Positions 1-8,970 of a stretch of DNA of 64,000 bases are shown here, in pieces (positions within the stretch are counted from its first letter, which is position 1; every line of letters begins with the position of its first letter). The notes beneath the pieces were generated by a model. The model was not told the origin of the DNA, ran no database searches, and saw only the letters and a program-made list of their open reading frames with translations. A program made the translations under genes and the position numbers. Source of the stretch: Bacteroidetes bacterium GWF2_43_63 (GTDB lineage: Bacteria > Bacteroidota > Bacteroidia > Bacteroidales > DTU049); NCBI GenBank assembly GCA_001769275.1, contig MEOQ01000015.1, positions 8,659 through 72,658 on the forward strand, in the 5' to 3' direction.

Positions 1-2017
1 GCAATCATATGCTTTCCGTAATTACGACTGGCGTTCCACCATGCCCCGATATGTATGGAGTATATTTGAAGACAAGGATTCCTCACTGGTTTTTGCAACC
101 TATCACGGACAGCTTTTTAAAATGAAAAACAACATTCTTTCCGAAGTGAAAGGATATCGTGAATCGATGGCAGCCAACGAAGTTTTTTATATGCAGGGGT
201 TTTGCAATTCGCTTGGACAATGGATGATTCCTACCAACTACCGAATCTTCGTTTACGACCACGGGAAAGTAAAATTTCTGCCGCTGTTGCATGAAGGAAA
301 TTTCAGCACTTGTCTGGCCACCTACGAAGATGCTGCAAATCACACCGTGTATTTCGGCACTACAAATGGCTTATTTATATATGACCTTATTTCAGAAGTG
401 CTAAAACGAATCGATACAAAAGGCGGCAATACGCTGGCCATTGAAAAAGACAAGCACGGGCATTTATGGATTTGCACGAATAAAAATGTGCTGTTGCTGA
501 AAAATGATTCTTCATTTAATGTCGATGAGAGTCCGGTAAACACTGGAGTTATATCATGTCGTAAAGACCCGCAAGGTAACATGTGGTATGCAAAAAAGGA
601 CGGTTTGTATTTTTATAACTACAAACGTCATTTAAAAATATGCGACGGTCATTTTTATTTTATTTCACTGTGGAAGAACAGTAAAATTATTGCCGGCGGA
701 ATTGAAGGAATTACCGTAATTGATCTTAAAAAACTCTATAATCACAATCGCTCAGCCCTTCAAACATTCGACAGATTCAATGGATTCATTGGAATTGAAT
801 GTGGTCAGAATGGAACATTGATCGATTCGCGCGGCAATGTGTGGATACCAACATCGGAAAGCGTGGTGCAATTTAAGCCTGAGCGTGCGATGTACGATAC
901 GAATGCGCCCATGCCCTATTTTGTATCGTTTGAGTATAGTTCAATAGATCTGCTTTGGAAAGAAATAAGCATTCCCTGGCTGCGCGATGATATATTGTTT
1001 GAGTTGGAGCCTAAACGAAACAACATCCGGATTGTTTTCGATGGGCTTGATTATATCAGCAGGGAGCGCATCACTTTTCGCTATCGCTTACTTGGATACA
1101 GCGATATTTGGAAAGAGTCCAAAAGTAATGAAGCTGTTTTTACAAATCTTAGCCCGGGAAATTACAAATTTGAATTGTTAGTGGCCAACGAAAACGGCTA
1201 CTGGAGCAAAACTCCAAGGGTGCTGTTATTCCGGATTAAACCCGCATTGGTTCAGACAATTGGTTTTAAAATTTTTATTATTCTGCTGAACCTTGCAATT
1301 ATAGTTGGAATCGTTTTTCTCATAATGCGAAAAAAGCAAATCAGGAAAGACAAGGAAAAAGAAGTCGAGCGGGAACTGGTTGCCATGCAGGTAAAGACCA
1401 TCAATGCGCAGCTTGATCCTCATTTCATTTTCAACACCATCACCGCCATTGGCAGCGAAGTGCAGGAAAAAAATCACGACAAAGCCTATGCTTACTTTGT
1501 AAAAGTATCGCAATTATTACGGAATTCATTAAAAAACTCTGATAAAATTACCCGTACGCTCGATGAAGAAATGCAATTTGTTTCAAATTATCTAAGCTTA
1601 CAGAAATTCAGATTCGAAGACAGGTTCAGCTACGACATTTTCATTGATCCTAATGTGAATCTTCAGATCACGGTCCCAAAAATGTGTGTTCAGATTTTTG
1701 TTGAGAATGCCATGAAGCATGGAATAGAGCAGCTTGCAAGTGGTGGATTACTCAAAATTTCTATCAGTAAAAATGAAAAGGGCAATATCTTTATGATCGA
1801 AGACAATGGAATTGGTCGTGAAGCTTCGGCGAGATTAGTCACACATTCCAATGGTCTTGGACTGCAGGTTTTCAAAGAGTTTTTTGAAATAATGAATCGA
1901 TATAATATCGAGATTGCATCATTTGTAATTCATGATTTGTTTGATGAAAAGGGAAAAGCAATCGGCACACGCGTTGAGCTTTTTATACCCGACGATTATT
2001 CGTATGTGATTCAATAA
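1..2017 (+). CDS. Sensor histidine kinase, LytS/YehU type (5' partial): propeller/Y_Y_Y sensor region, one TM helix, His_kinase and HATPase domains
   Basis: The frame of ORF 41..2017 stays open back to base 2, so the gene runs off the window. It has propeller-like repeats and a Y_Y_Y-like segment (FRYRLLGYSDIWKES...GNYKFELL). It has a TM helix (IFIILLNLAIIVGIVFLIM), a LytS-type H-box (LDPHFIFNTITAIG) and ATPase motifs (IEDNGIG, GLGL). Confidence 0.85.
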   Translation, partial: QSYAFRNYDWRSTMPRYVWSIFEDKDSSLVFATYHGQLFKMKNNILSEVKGYRESMAANEVFYMQGFCNSLGQWMIPTNYRIFVYDHGKVKFLPLLHEGNFSTCLATYEDAANHTVYFGTTNGLFIYDLISEVLKRIDTKGGNTLAIEKDKHGHLWICTNKNVLLLKNDSSFNVDESPVNTGVISCRKDPQGNMWYAKKDGLYFYNYKRHLKICDGHFYFISLWKNSKIIAGGIEGITVIDLKKLYNHNRSALQTFDRFNGFIGIECGQNGTLIDSRGNVWIPTSESVVQFKPERAMYDTNAPMPYFVSFEYSSIDLLWKEISIPWLRDDILFELEPKRNNIRIVFDGLDYISRERITFRYRLLGYSDIWKESKSNEAVFTNLSPGNYKFELLVANENGYWSKTPRVLLFRIKPALVQTIGFKIFIILLNLAIIVGIVFLIMRKKQIRKDKEKEVERELVAMQVKTINAQLDPHFIFNTITAIGSEVQEKNHDKAYAYFVKVSQLLRNSLKNSDKITRTLDEEMQFVSNYLSLQKFRFEDRFSYDIFIDPNVNLQITVPKMCVQIFVENAMKHGIEQLASGGLLKISISKNEKGNIFMIEDNGIGREASARLVTHSNGLGLQVFKEFFEIMNRYNIEIASFVIHDLFDEKGKAIGTRVELFIPDDYSYVIQ

Positions 2018-2095
2018 AACTTTGGGCACGCGCCAGGACTCAAAATTGCGTTTAGCGTCAAAAACAATTTTCCATGCGAAGCTCCTTTGAAAACA

Positions 2096-3028
2096 TCACA
2101 AAGCAACAACCTGCTTATAGACCTCCAACGTTTGGGTAAGAATTCCACGAACTGCTTTATCGTTTGTAGAATAGCCGCTGGTGCGGGTTGTGACTTGTCT
2201 CAGTACCAGGACGTCGACCCCTTGTTCTGATGAAAATTCTTTAAGCATATTCTGAGTGCGGAGTTGAATTTTTGAGAATTTATTTTTCAATTCAAACTCA
2301 GGTTTAAAAATCAACACCGTATAAAAATATGGAAAATCAGTCGCGCCGACTTTATTGATGGAAAGTTGGCCATAGCATCCAAGAAAGGCTTCAGGAGAGC
2401 CATCCATGGTGAGTTTTAGTTTCACTTCTTTTGGATACATGGCTTTTGTTTTAGCATTTTCGGCCAGCAAAGTCAGGTATCCAACTTTTATTGATTTGTT
2501 CAGTTCAGTTACTATGTCGGCAGCTTTCATGCAATTTTTTGCGTAAATTAAAACTCTTGAAGCCATGTCGTAACGTCTGAAACCAGATAAAAAATGCGGA
2601 ATGAACAGTATCAGAAAATTGCCACCGAAGAAAGATACGTTCTGATCGTTTTCTTCTATGCCAATAATTACAATAAAAAAACCGACCACCAATACAACAA
2701 AAAACAGCAGCCCTCCCAAACACGAAGTCACCTCAAAACCGCTTCTGTCCCAGCGTCTGAGCTTTCGGTCCATGCTGATTATTTCTTCAATCTGTTGTCT
2801 GGTCGATGATTTCCATTCTGTGTTGTGATGAAATCGTTCTATATGAAGGCGCGAATCGACGCCTTTATTCAGCATGAGAAGCGATGCACATGCTATCAGA
2901 ACGGCGCCAGCAAGGAAGTTTCCGGTGACAAGCTGAAGCACAATTCCACCCCCAAAGATGGCAATAAAAAGAATCACCCGAAGCGAATTCGACATGCGCG
3001 GAAAAAAATGGAAAAATAGTTTTTTCAT
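2096..3028 (-). CDS. Hypothetical membrane protein (about 4 N-terminal TM helices plus a soluble C-terminal domain); third gene of the rSAM operon
   Basis: 310-aa ORF. Hydrophobic segments include VILFIAIFGGGIVLQLV, AGAVLIACASLLML, LGGLLFFVVLVVGFFIVIIGI and FLILFIPHFL. Its start codon (3026-3028) overlaps the stop of the upstream rSAM gene (ATGA, 3025-3028). Confidence 0.6.
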   Translation of the reverse strand: MKKLFFHFFPRMSNSLRVILFIAIFGGGIVLQLVTGNFLAGAVLIACASLLMLNKGVDSRLHIERFHHNTEWKSSTRQQIEEIISMDRKLRRWDRSGFEVTSCLGGLLFFVVLVVGFFIVIIGIEENDQNVSFFGGNFLILFIPHFLSGFRRYDMASRVLIYAKNCMKAADIVTELNKSIKVGYLTLLAENAKTKAMYPKEVKLKLTMDGSPEAFLGCYGQLSINKVGATDFPYFYTVLIFKPEFELKNKFSKIQLRTQNMLKEFSSEQGVDVLVLRQVTTRTSGYSTNDKAVRGILTQTLEVYKQVVAL

Positions 3029-4359
3029 AGGACAGCTTGTGTTATGTTCGATTTCCGTGGCTTTAGCAAACGACTGTCATGGTTGCAATCGACACGATAA
3101 AACAGGGGACAGGCACCCTGACAGATTGCCAGACTATCGCACTCCGTGCAGATTTCAGGTGCTGATTTTTTATTTCTTATTTCGGTTGAACGATCCGAAA
3201 ACCAGATGGAATTGAAGTCGTGTGTAAGCAAATTTCCAAGTGGTTCATTCCATGAAGAGCATGGTAAAATATTTCCACCCGGATCCACCGACAGCAATCC
3301 ATCGCAGGCAGCGCAACCTTTGTTGCCAAGCCCTTCCGTAATTGTATTAAAAATGCAAAGCGGAGTGGGTGAGTACCACATGAATTCAATTTTCCGCTTT
3401 GCTGCAGCAGCATTTACGGACCGGATTATTTCGCCTGCTTCCGAATACTGCAGCAGGTGCATTTCGTTTGCCAGTGCGCTTCCTGTAGGAATGATCAGAT
3501 TCATGCTGAAGCGCTCTGCCTTGAGTTGTTGTTTTAGAAACTGAGGTAATTCAGCTGCTTCATGCATATTTTGTTTCGAAAGTGTGGTATTTGTATGCGT
3601 GCGGATATTGTTAGAATTCAGCACTGCAACAGCGTTTAATGCATTTGCAAAACTACCCGGAATGCCTGTAATACTTTCATGTGTACTTTGAGTGGTACCT
3701 TCCAGACTTATTTGTGCGGAGTCAAGTCCTGATCTTTTAAACTCGGCAGCCATGCTTTCATCGATTAAAAAACCATTGCTGATGAGATTTACGCGCATAT
3801 CCAAACTTTTAGCATAAGCAATTAATGCCGGAAGATCTGCTCGCAAAGTGGGCTCACCACCTGTAAAGCTGATTGAAGGAACTTTGGCCTGGTAGCGGAT
3901 TTTTTGAATGATTTGTTTGATTTCATCAGAACTCAAATCGTGCGAATCGGTGGTGCAATCATGATTTATACCGGCATAGCAAAACGAACAACGCAGATTG
4001 CATTTTCCGGTAACAGCAACTTCACTCAAAACCGGAAGTGACGTGAAAGGAGCTTCGAATGCGGACTTCACAACAGCCTGATTTTGTGTCCAGAGGTCAA
4101 GATTGCCTTCCAGCGATGATTTTACAGCATTCAGAAATGAAAGCAATTCAGTTAGCTGAACTTCGTTTTTCCCGATTTGAGTGAGCAACCCATCAATGCT
4201 GTATCCATTTAATAGTCTGTGCAAAATCAATGCACCCGAAGGATTGAGCTTCTGTACATGGTTGGGCTTTTTGATCAGCATATTATCATCTAGTCGTACC
4301 TCAATATAAGGCCGCACATTGGCGATGAATTCTTTAACCCAAATAAAACGCTGATCCAT
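3025..4359 (-). CDS. Radical SAM/SPASM-domain peptide-modifying enzyme with a PqqD/RRE-like N-terminal extension
   Basis: CxxxCxxC motif CNLRCSFCYA at about residue 120. GGEPTL motif. Cys-rich SPASM-like C-terminus (CAACDG...LPCSSW...CTECDSLAICQGACP). The N-terminal ~110 aa (KKPNHVQKLNPSGALILHRLLNGYSIDGLL) resemble PqqD-type recognition elements. Confidence 0.85.
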   Translation of the reverse strand: MDQRFIWVKEFIANVRPYIEVRLDDNMLIKKPNHVQKLNPSGALILHRLLNGYSIDGLLTQIGKNEVQLTELLSFLNAVKSSLEGNLDLWTQNQAVVKSAFEAPFTSLPVLSEVAVTGKCNLRCSFCYAGINHDCTTDSHDLSSDEIKQIIQKIRYQAKVPSISFTGGEPTLRADLPALIAYAKSLDMRVNLISNGFLIDESMAAEFKRSGLDSAQISLEGTTQSTHESITGIPGSFANALNAVAVLNSNNIRTHTNTTLSKQNMHEAAELPQFLKQQLKAERFSMNLIIPTGSALANEMHLLQYSEAGEIIRSVNAAAAKRKIEFMWYSPTPLCIFNTITEGLGNKGCAACDGLLSVDPGGNILPCSSWNEPLGNLLTHDFNSIWFSDRSTEIRNKKSAPEICTECDSLAICQGACPLFYRVDCNHDSRLLKPRKSNITQAVL

Positions 4360-4371
4360 ATTCGTCAGTTA

Positions 4372-6033
4372 TTAATGTGAACCACCGCTTACGCAGGCGC
4401 TGTGACAAGCCGAATGACATGCACTGTGACAGGCTGAGTGACAAGCACTGTGGCACGCGCTGTGGCATGCATCGTGGCAGGCCGCATGACAAGCGTTGAT
4501 ATCCGGAATAATGTCCGAATGAATGCTGTTGTAAACCACATGATCGGTATTGACCGGAAAATACTGCTCATAATGCGTCGGATTCATCACTCCGCGATAA
4601 GTGAAGTATGGATGATAATACATATAATAGCGATTCCACGTGTTGTAGAGCGGATCAGATTTATCCTCCATAAAAATCTGCTGCGAAGGATTTGACTTTT
4701 CATAATCATCCGTTTTCGATTGAATGAGTTCACTGTAGTATTTTTTCGTGGCCTCGACATCGGCATCCCAGGCCTTTTCACGAATGTTGGCTATAGCTTT
4801 ATTCATGATTGCATTCAGCTCTTCCTGCGAAAAAACGCCATCATCGCTGAGCGCATTGAAAAATAATTCTTCATAATCATTGTCAAACGCAAGCGGTTTA
4901 TCAATGATTTGCACAGTGAGCGGATCATTTTTCAACACTTTTAAATATTGTTGTGATTCGAAAGCTGCAAGCATTGAACTGAAAATTTTCTTGATTGGAA
5001 ACTCAAGATAGAAGGCGATTTCAACATAATTCAGATTGTCACAGATTTTTCCGGGAATGCTGTAAGTAGCCATTTCTATTTTGGGCGGAATCCAGTTTAG
5101 TTTGTCCCAGCCAAGACTTTCTGCATTGTCCCTTGCATTTGCAAGTCCTTTGTTTTTAAAAATGAAATACAATGCAAAAATCAGAAGCAGCACCAATGCA
5201 AGAACTCCCAGCGTTTGCGGATTGATGGCTTCAAAGCTGGGAGAATAATCATTGTAATTGTAATAACCGTCTGTATTGTCAGTTGCAGCGTCGTCTGAAA
5301 CCAGTTGGTATGGCTTCACTTGCGTTGAATCGAACCAATTCGCAGGCATGTAAATTTGCACTCTTGGCGAGAAACTGTATTCAGGAGAATTTTTATTTAC
5401 AAGCATCAACAAGCGACCGGCTTCTTTGATCTGGAAATCGATTTCATAACTTTCGTTCATCCACTTCTCGGTCATGATGAGACTGTCGGCATACACCCGC
5501 TCGCGCACATTTGTAGCAAAATCAGGTTTAAAAGGGGTTAAAATTTTCAGCGTGTAATGATCCATGCCGGTGGCATCGGAATCCCATTCAGTAGGCGCCC
5601 AATCAAAGAAAATAAGATTTTTTCCATCAGCAGAAGTAGTAGTTCCCAAATAACCTGCTGATGCAAAATCGGTTTCAAACCAGAAAAAGTAGGTCACAAA
5701 ACCGCTTCCAACGCCCTTTCCATCTGCCAGAATGATATCGTATTTTCCGTCACCCATGTTGGTTATTGATAGACCGTAGTTATTTCCGCGGCTGTCAACC
5801 GCATAATTTTTATCGGAGAATGACGAGATTTTCAGGCGGTCGAGGCCGCTGAAATAGAAGCCATGCAATTCGCCTTCAACCACAGTGTAGCGGACGCAAT
5901 AGCCAATTACAGCTTTGCCATTGGCTTGCAGGTCAACCGTACATTCAATAAAATTGACATTTCCGGTTCCGGCAAAAAGCTGAGCGGCAAATAAAAACAG
6001 CAGAAGCGAAATTTTAAATTTCCTCAGATTCAT
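4372..6033 (-). CDS. Membrane-anchored protein (DUF2207-like architecture as I recall it) with a C-terminal Cys/His CXXX repeat tail; putative rSAM substrate
   Basis: 553-aa ORF with signal peptide MNLRKFKISLLLFLFAAQLFAG. It has a ~270-aa N-terminal domain and a single central TM helix (LGVLALVLLLIFALYFIF). The Tyr/His-rich C-terminal region ends in NACHAACHDACH(SACH)5SACVSGGSH. Only 12 nt separate it from the rSAM gene. Confidence 0.8.
   Translation of the reverse strand: MNLRKFKISLLLFLFAAQLFAGTGNVNFIECTVDLQANGKAVIGYCVRYTVVEGELHGFYFSGLDRLKISSFSDKNYAVDSRGNNYGLSITNMGDGKYDIILADGKGVGSGFVTYFFWFETDFASAGYLGTTTSADGKNLIFFDWAPTEWDSDATGMDHYTLKILTPFKPDFATNVRERVYADSLIMTEKWMNESYEIDFQIKEAGRLLMLVNKNSPEYSFSPRVQIYMPANWFDSTQVKPYQLVSDDAATDNTDGYYNYNDYSPSFEAINPQTLGVLALVLLLIFALYFIFKNKGLANARDNAESLGWDKLNWIPPKIEMATYSIPGKICDNLNYVEIAFYLEFPIKKIFSSMLAAFESQQYLKVLKNDPLTVQIIDKPLAFDNDYEELFFNALSDDGVFSQEELNAIMNKAIANIREKAWDADVEATKKYYSELIQSKTDDYEKSNPSQQIFMEDKSDPLYNTWNRYYMYYHPYFTYRGVMNPTHYEQYFPVNTDHVVYNSIHSDIIPDINACHAACHDACHSACHSACHSACHSACHSACHSACVSGGSH
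4390..4497 (-). repeat. In-frame 12-nt (4-codon) repeat x9 encoding x-A-C-H/V units
   Basis: I read it codon by codon. The units are 4390-4401 SACV, five SACH units (4402-4461), DACH (4462-4473), AACH (4474-4485) and NACH (4486-4497). Synonymous codons differ between units. Confidence 0.95.
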
Positions 6034-6050
6034 GGATTATTTCTTTGAAG

Positions 6051-6058
6051 CAAAAATA
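6051..6058 (-). promoter_or_regulatory. Possible Bacteroidota -7 box (TAnnTTTG) for the rSAM operon
   Basis: Plus-strand CAAAAATA is TATTTTTG on the minus strand, 18 nt upstream of the ATG at 6033. Confidence 0.25.
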
Positions 6059-6083
6059 TGATTTTTCAGGATGATATTTCAAG
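6058..6083. promoter_or_regulatory. Tandem 13-mer direct repeat ATGATwTTTCArG x2 in the divergent promoter region
   Basis: atgatttttcagg (6058-6070) is immediately followed by atgatatttcaag (6071-6083). It lies between the rSAM operon start (6033) and the LytTR gene start (6132). Confidence 0.3.
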
Positions 6084-6095
6084 AATTAATATTTA

Positions 6096-6103
6096 TATAT
6101 TTG
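6096..6103 (+). promoter_or_regulatory. Possible -7 box (TAnnTTTG) for the LytTR regulator gene
   Basis: tatatttg lies 29 nt upstream of the ATG at 6132. Confidence 0.3.
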
Positions 6104-6131
6104 CTGTTGGCGAAAATAAATAAACAGATCG

Positions 6132-6851
6132 ATGTTAAAGGTAATTCTGGTTGATGATGAAGCCAAAGCTCGCAGAAGTCTGGCTCTGTTGCTTGAGAAA
6201 ATCGGCAACGTTCAGGTTATTGCCGAAGCATCCGATGCCCAGGAAGGAATCAGAGCTATAGCGATGAATCAACCGGACATAGTTTTTCTGGATGTGAAAA
6301 TGCCCGGCATGAGCGGGTTTGACATGCTAGACTCTATTGACAAAATTGTTTTGCGCGAATTTGGAGTGATTTTTCTTACTGCCTATGATGAATTTGCCAT
6401 CCGCGCAATAAAATATTCGGCATTTGACTATTTGTTGAAACCGGTTGATGAAGCAGAACTCAGAGAAACAATCGATCGGTATTTGTCCAATAATCATCCA
6501 TTGCAGGATTATGATGCGTTGAAGACCGCGCTGAATCAAAATACCAAGATTAGAATCCGCACTGCTCTTGGCTTTGAATATATCAATGCGATGGATGTTA
6601 TTTACATAGAAGGCGACGGAAATTACTCCAAATTTGTTCTATCGAAAGACGACATACGGACTGTGAGCCGGACATTGAAAGACATTAGCAGTGAATTGCC
6701 GGAAGAATTCCTGAGGATCCATAAAAAATACTATATTAATAAGAGTTATTTAGTTTCTTTAAACCGGTTTGATCATGAATGTTTGCTTGAAAAAGACTCA
6801 GTTCAATTTAGAGTTCCTGTTTCAGTCAGGATGATGAAGAATGTTCGCTAG
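6132..6851 (+). CDS. LytTR-family two-component response regulator (CheY receiver plus LytTR DNA-binding domain)
   Basis: Receiver motifs are ILVDDE and PDIVFLDVKMPGMSGF. The C-terminal LytTR-like segment is IYIEGDGNYSKFVL...RIHKKYYINKSYL. Confidence 0.9.
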   Translation: MLKVILVDDEAKARRSLALLLEKIGNVQVIAEASDAQEGIRAIAMNQPDIVFLDVKMPGMSGFDMLDSIDKIVLREFGVIFLTAYDEFAIRAIKYSAFDYLLKPVDEAELRETIDRYLSNNHPLQDYDALKTALNQNTKIRIRTALGFEYINAMDVIYIEGDGNYSKFVLSKDDIRTVSRTLKDISSELPEEFLRIHKKYYINKSYLVSLNRFDHECLLEKDSVQFRVPVSVRMMKNVR

Positions 6852-7096
6852 TTATAGTAATACGTATTGAATAATATAGATTTTTAGATTATTGATTCAA
6901 ATATAATGTTAATATTTGACGCTTACAGCTATTAAGTATACGAATACTAAAAACATGATGCGTAAGTATTGACATTTCTAAATTTCTGATTAATTTTACA
7001 GCACTGATTCTCTCACAGATCGCTATTAAAATAGTGTATTTGGAATAAGTGGAGAAATTTACTTATATCCTGATTCTGATAGTTTATAAAGTTTAC

Positions 7097-7130
7097 ACCT
7101 CCGGGGCGCAAGTTTCGGAGGTTTTATTTT
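7097..7130 (+). terminator. Rho-independent terminator-like hairpin
   Basis: Stem acctccg (7097-7103) pairs with cggaggt (7116-7122), followed by a T-rich run (ttttatttt). It lies about 250 nt downstream of the LytTR gene. Confidence 0.4.
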
Positions 7131-7181
7131 GCCATATTCCGATTATAAAATCATCGTATCTTTGAAAAAAATTCAGAGACA

Positions 7182-7517
7182 ATGATACAGTGGTACGATG
7201 AACTTCCTTTTGCAATTACAGTGTCGGACAGGGAAGGCAATATAGTTTACATGAACAACCGATCAGCTGCGACATTTGAAAAATATGGCGGCAGAAATTT
7301 ACTTGGGAAATCGCTGTTTGGCTGCCATCCGCAGCAGGCATCGGATAAAATAAGGGAAATGATGCTGAGTCATGAAACCAATGCATATACAATTGAAAAA
7401 GAAGGCGTGAAAAAGATGATTTATCAGAGTCCCTGGTACGAGAACGGAGAAGTTGCCGGCTTAATAGAATTATCGCTTGTGCTGCCCGAAAAGATGCCTC
7501 ATTTTGTGAGAAAATAA
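7182..7517 (+). CDS. Small stand-alone PAS-domain protein
   Basis: 111 aa. The PAS-like pattern is PFAITVSDREGNIVYMNNRSAATFEKYGG...GKSLFGCHP...EVAGLIE. Confidence 0.6.
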   Translation: MIQWYDELPFAITVSDREGNIVYMNNRSAATFEKYGGRNLLGKSLFGCHPQQASDKIREMMLSHETNAYTIEKEGVKKMIYQSPWYENGEVAGLIELSLVLPEKMPHFVRK

Positions 7518-7908
7518 ACGAGGACTTCTCAAAACGAAGTCTTCTCCAAAAACAACATTCCACCGTCCGATGCGACGAAGGAGCTGAAGGACATGGAACC
7601 GTTGTTTTTGCTATTGTTACGACGGTTCCGGCTTAAAAGCATGGAAGAATTCCCTATCATCGGCCGGAACGGTGGAATGTCGTAGCAAACCGTTATTTTG
7701 ATATTTTATCGCTTAAAAAAAATGACGAAGCAAATCACTTCGTCATTTAAACTTTCTTGTTTAAGATTTTCTGGAAAATCTGAATGAATTTACTTCAAAC
7801 TTCTTCTTTCCTTGTTTTTCTTGATCGGTCTGAATGCACGGATTGTTCATGATTTACGAATGTGTCTTCACTTCATCCTTCAAACTTCCTTGTTCCTTGT
7901 TCAATATT

Positions 7909-8961
7909 CTAATAGAGCGTTCTGCTCCTGGTTTTATTCTGAACAATATAGCGAACCATAATTTCAAAGCCACCTTTACCGCTGGTTGCATTGGCAAGTT
8001 TGGAAACATTGATATCGTAGCTCAAACCGAAAGCCAGATCATTAAGTTCTATTAAAGCATGAGCAATTACTGCATCACCAGTGCGAAAATGACCACCCAG
8101 CGACAGATAAGCATCGTTGATGAATCCGGTGTATTTTGATTGTTCACGCAGTGTGTAGCGCGCCATTAGTCCAGGCACAATTTCTTTCTGTGTGCCCTGT
8201 ACCTGTACAAGAACGGTCGGAATGAGTGAAGTATTGGTCCCGCCAAGTCCAATCTGAGCTTTGCCATGAGCAGAAATGCGCATTCCAAGCTTTTCGTCGG
8301 AGTTTCCAAAAAATTCAAATGACGGCTGATTAACATGACTCACCGAAAAACCAGCATTCGCCTTCAGTCCATCATTCGATGACATATTTGTTGAATTGTG
8401 AATCATCGACCAATTCATTCCAAATCCAAAGTCAGCATAGGTAAATGACTGAAAAGCAAAAGTCTCATTACTTGGCAGGGCACCATCATAGCCCGAAACG
8501 CCGTCGTACTGATTGTCCCACATCATTCCACCCTGATCGATTGACCTTTGTCCAAAGCCGCCATACAAACCTGCAGAAAGCAATTGCTCGTCGCTGATGC
8601 GCAGATGATAGGCGATATTGAGATTGCCAATCAGGTTACTGAAATTGAGATCACCGGCCACATCATTAAAAACATTGACGCCCAGAGCCAGAAATCCGCT
8701 TTTACCTGCAGCGTTTGAAGTAACGGGTGCATCGTATGAAATGGCATACGTATTATATGCATTTCCAATCGAACGCCATTGATTTTTGTAGTTCAATGCA
8801 ATCCGGTGTGAGCCGTCGAAAAATCCAGCCAATGACGGGTTCACCATGAGCGGTGCATCGTTGTACTGGCTGAAATGTATATCCTGAGCCGAGACTGATG
8901 CAGCGAACAGAACCATAAAAATCCAGTTGATCGTCTTTTTCATTTGGGAGAATTTGTTCAA
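7909..8961 (-). CDS. PorP/SprF-family type IX secretion system membrane protein
   Basis: Signal peptide followed by the family signature AQDIHFSQYNDAPLMVNPSLAG. It sits immediately downstream of a type B CTD protein, which is the usual pairing. Confidence 0.85.
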   Translation of the reverse strand: MNKFSQMKKTINWIFMVLFAASVSAQDIHFSQYNDAPLMVNPSLAGFFDGSHRIALNYKNQWRSIGNAYNTYAISYDAPVTSNAAGKSGFLALGVNVFNDVAGDLNFSNLIGNLNIAYHLRISDEQLLSAGLYGGFGQRSIDQGGMMWDNQYDGVSGYDGALPSNETFAFQSFTYADFGFGMNWSMIHNSTNMSSNDGLKANAGFSVSHVNQPSFEFFGNSDEKLGMRISAHGKAQIGLGGTNTSLIPTVLVQVQGTQKEIVPGLMARYTLREQSKYTGFINDAYLSLGGHFRTGDAVIAHALIELNDLAFGLSYDINVSKLANATSGKGGFEIMVRYIVQNKTRSRTLY

Positions 8962-8970
8962 AATTAATAA

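Noticed and set aside
3025-4359. The radical SAM/SPASM gene interpreted as an anaerobic sulfatase-maturating enzyme (anSME).
   Set aside because: No sulfatase gene is nearby. In anSMEs, as I recall, the CxxxCxxC motif sits near the N-terminus, whereas here it sits at ~residue 120 behind an RRE-like extension. A Cys-repeat substrate candidate is also encoded 12 nt upstream. An HMM search is still needed to exclude this formally.
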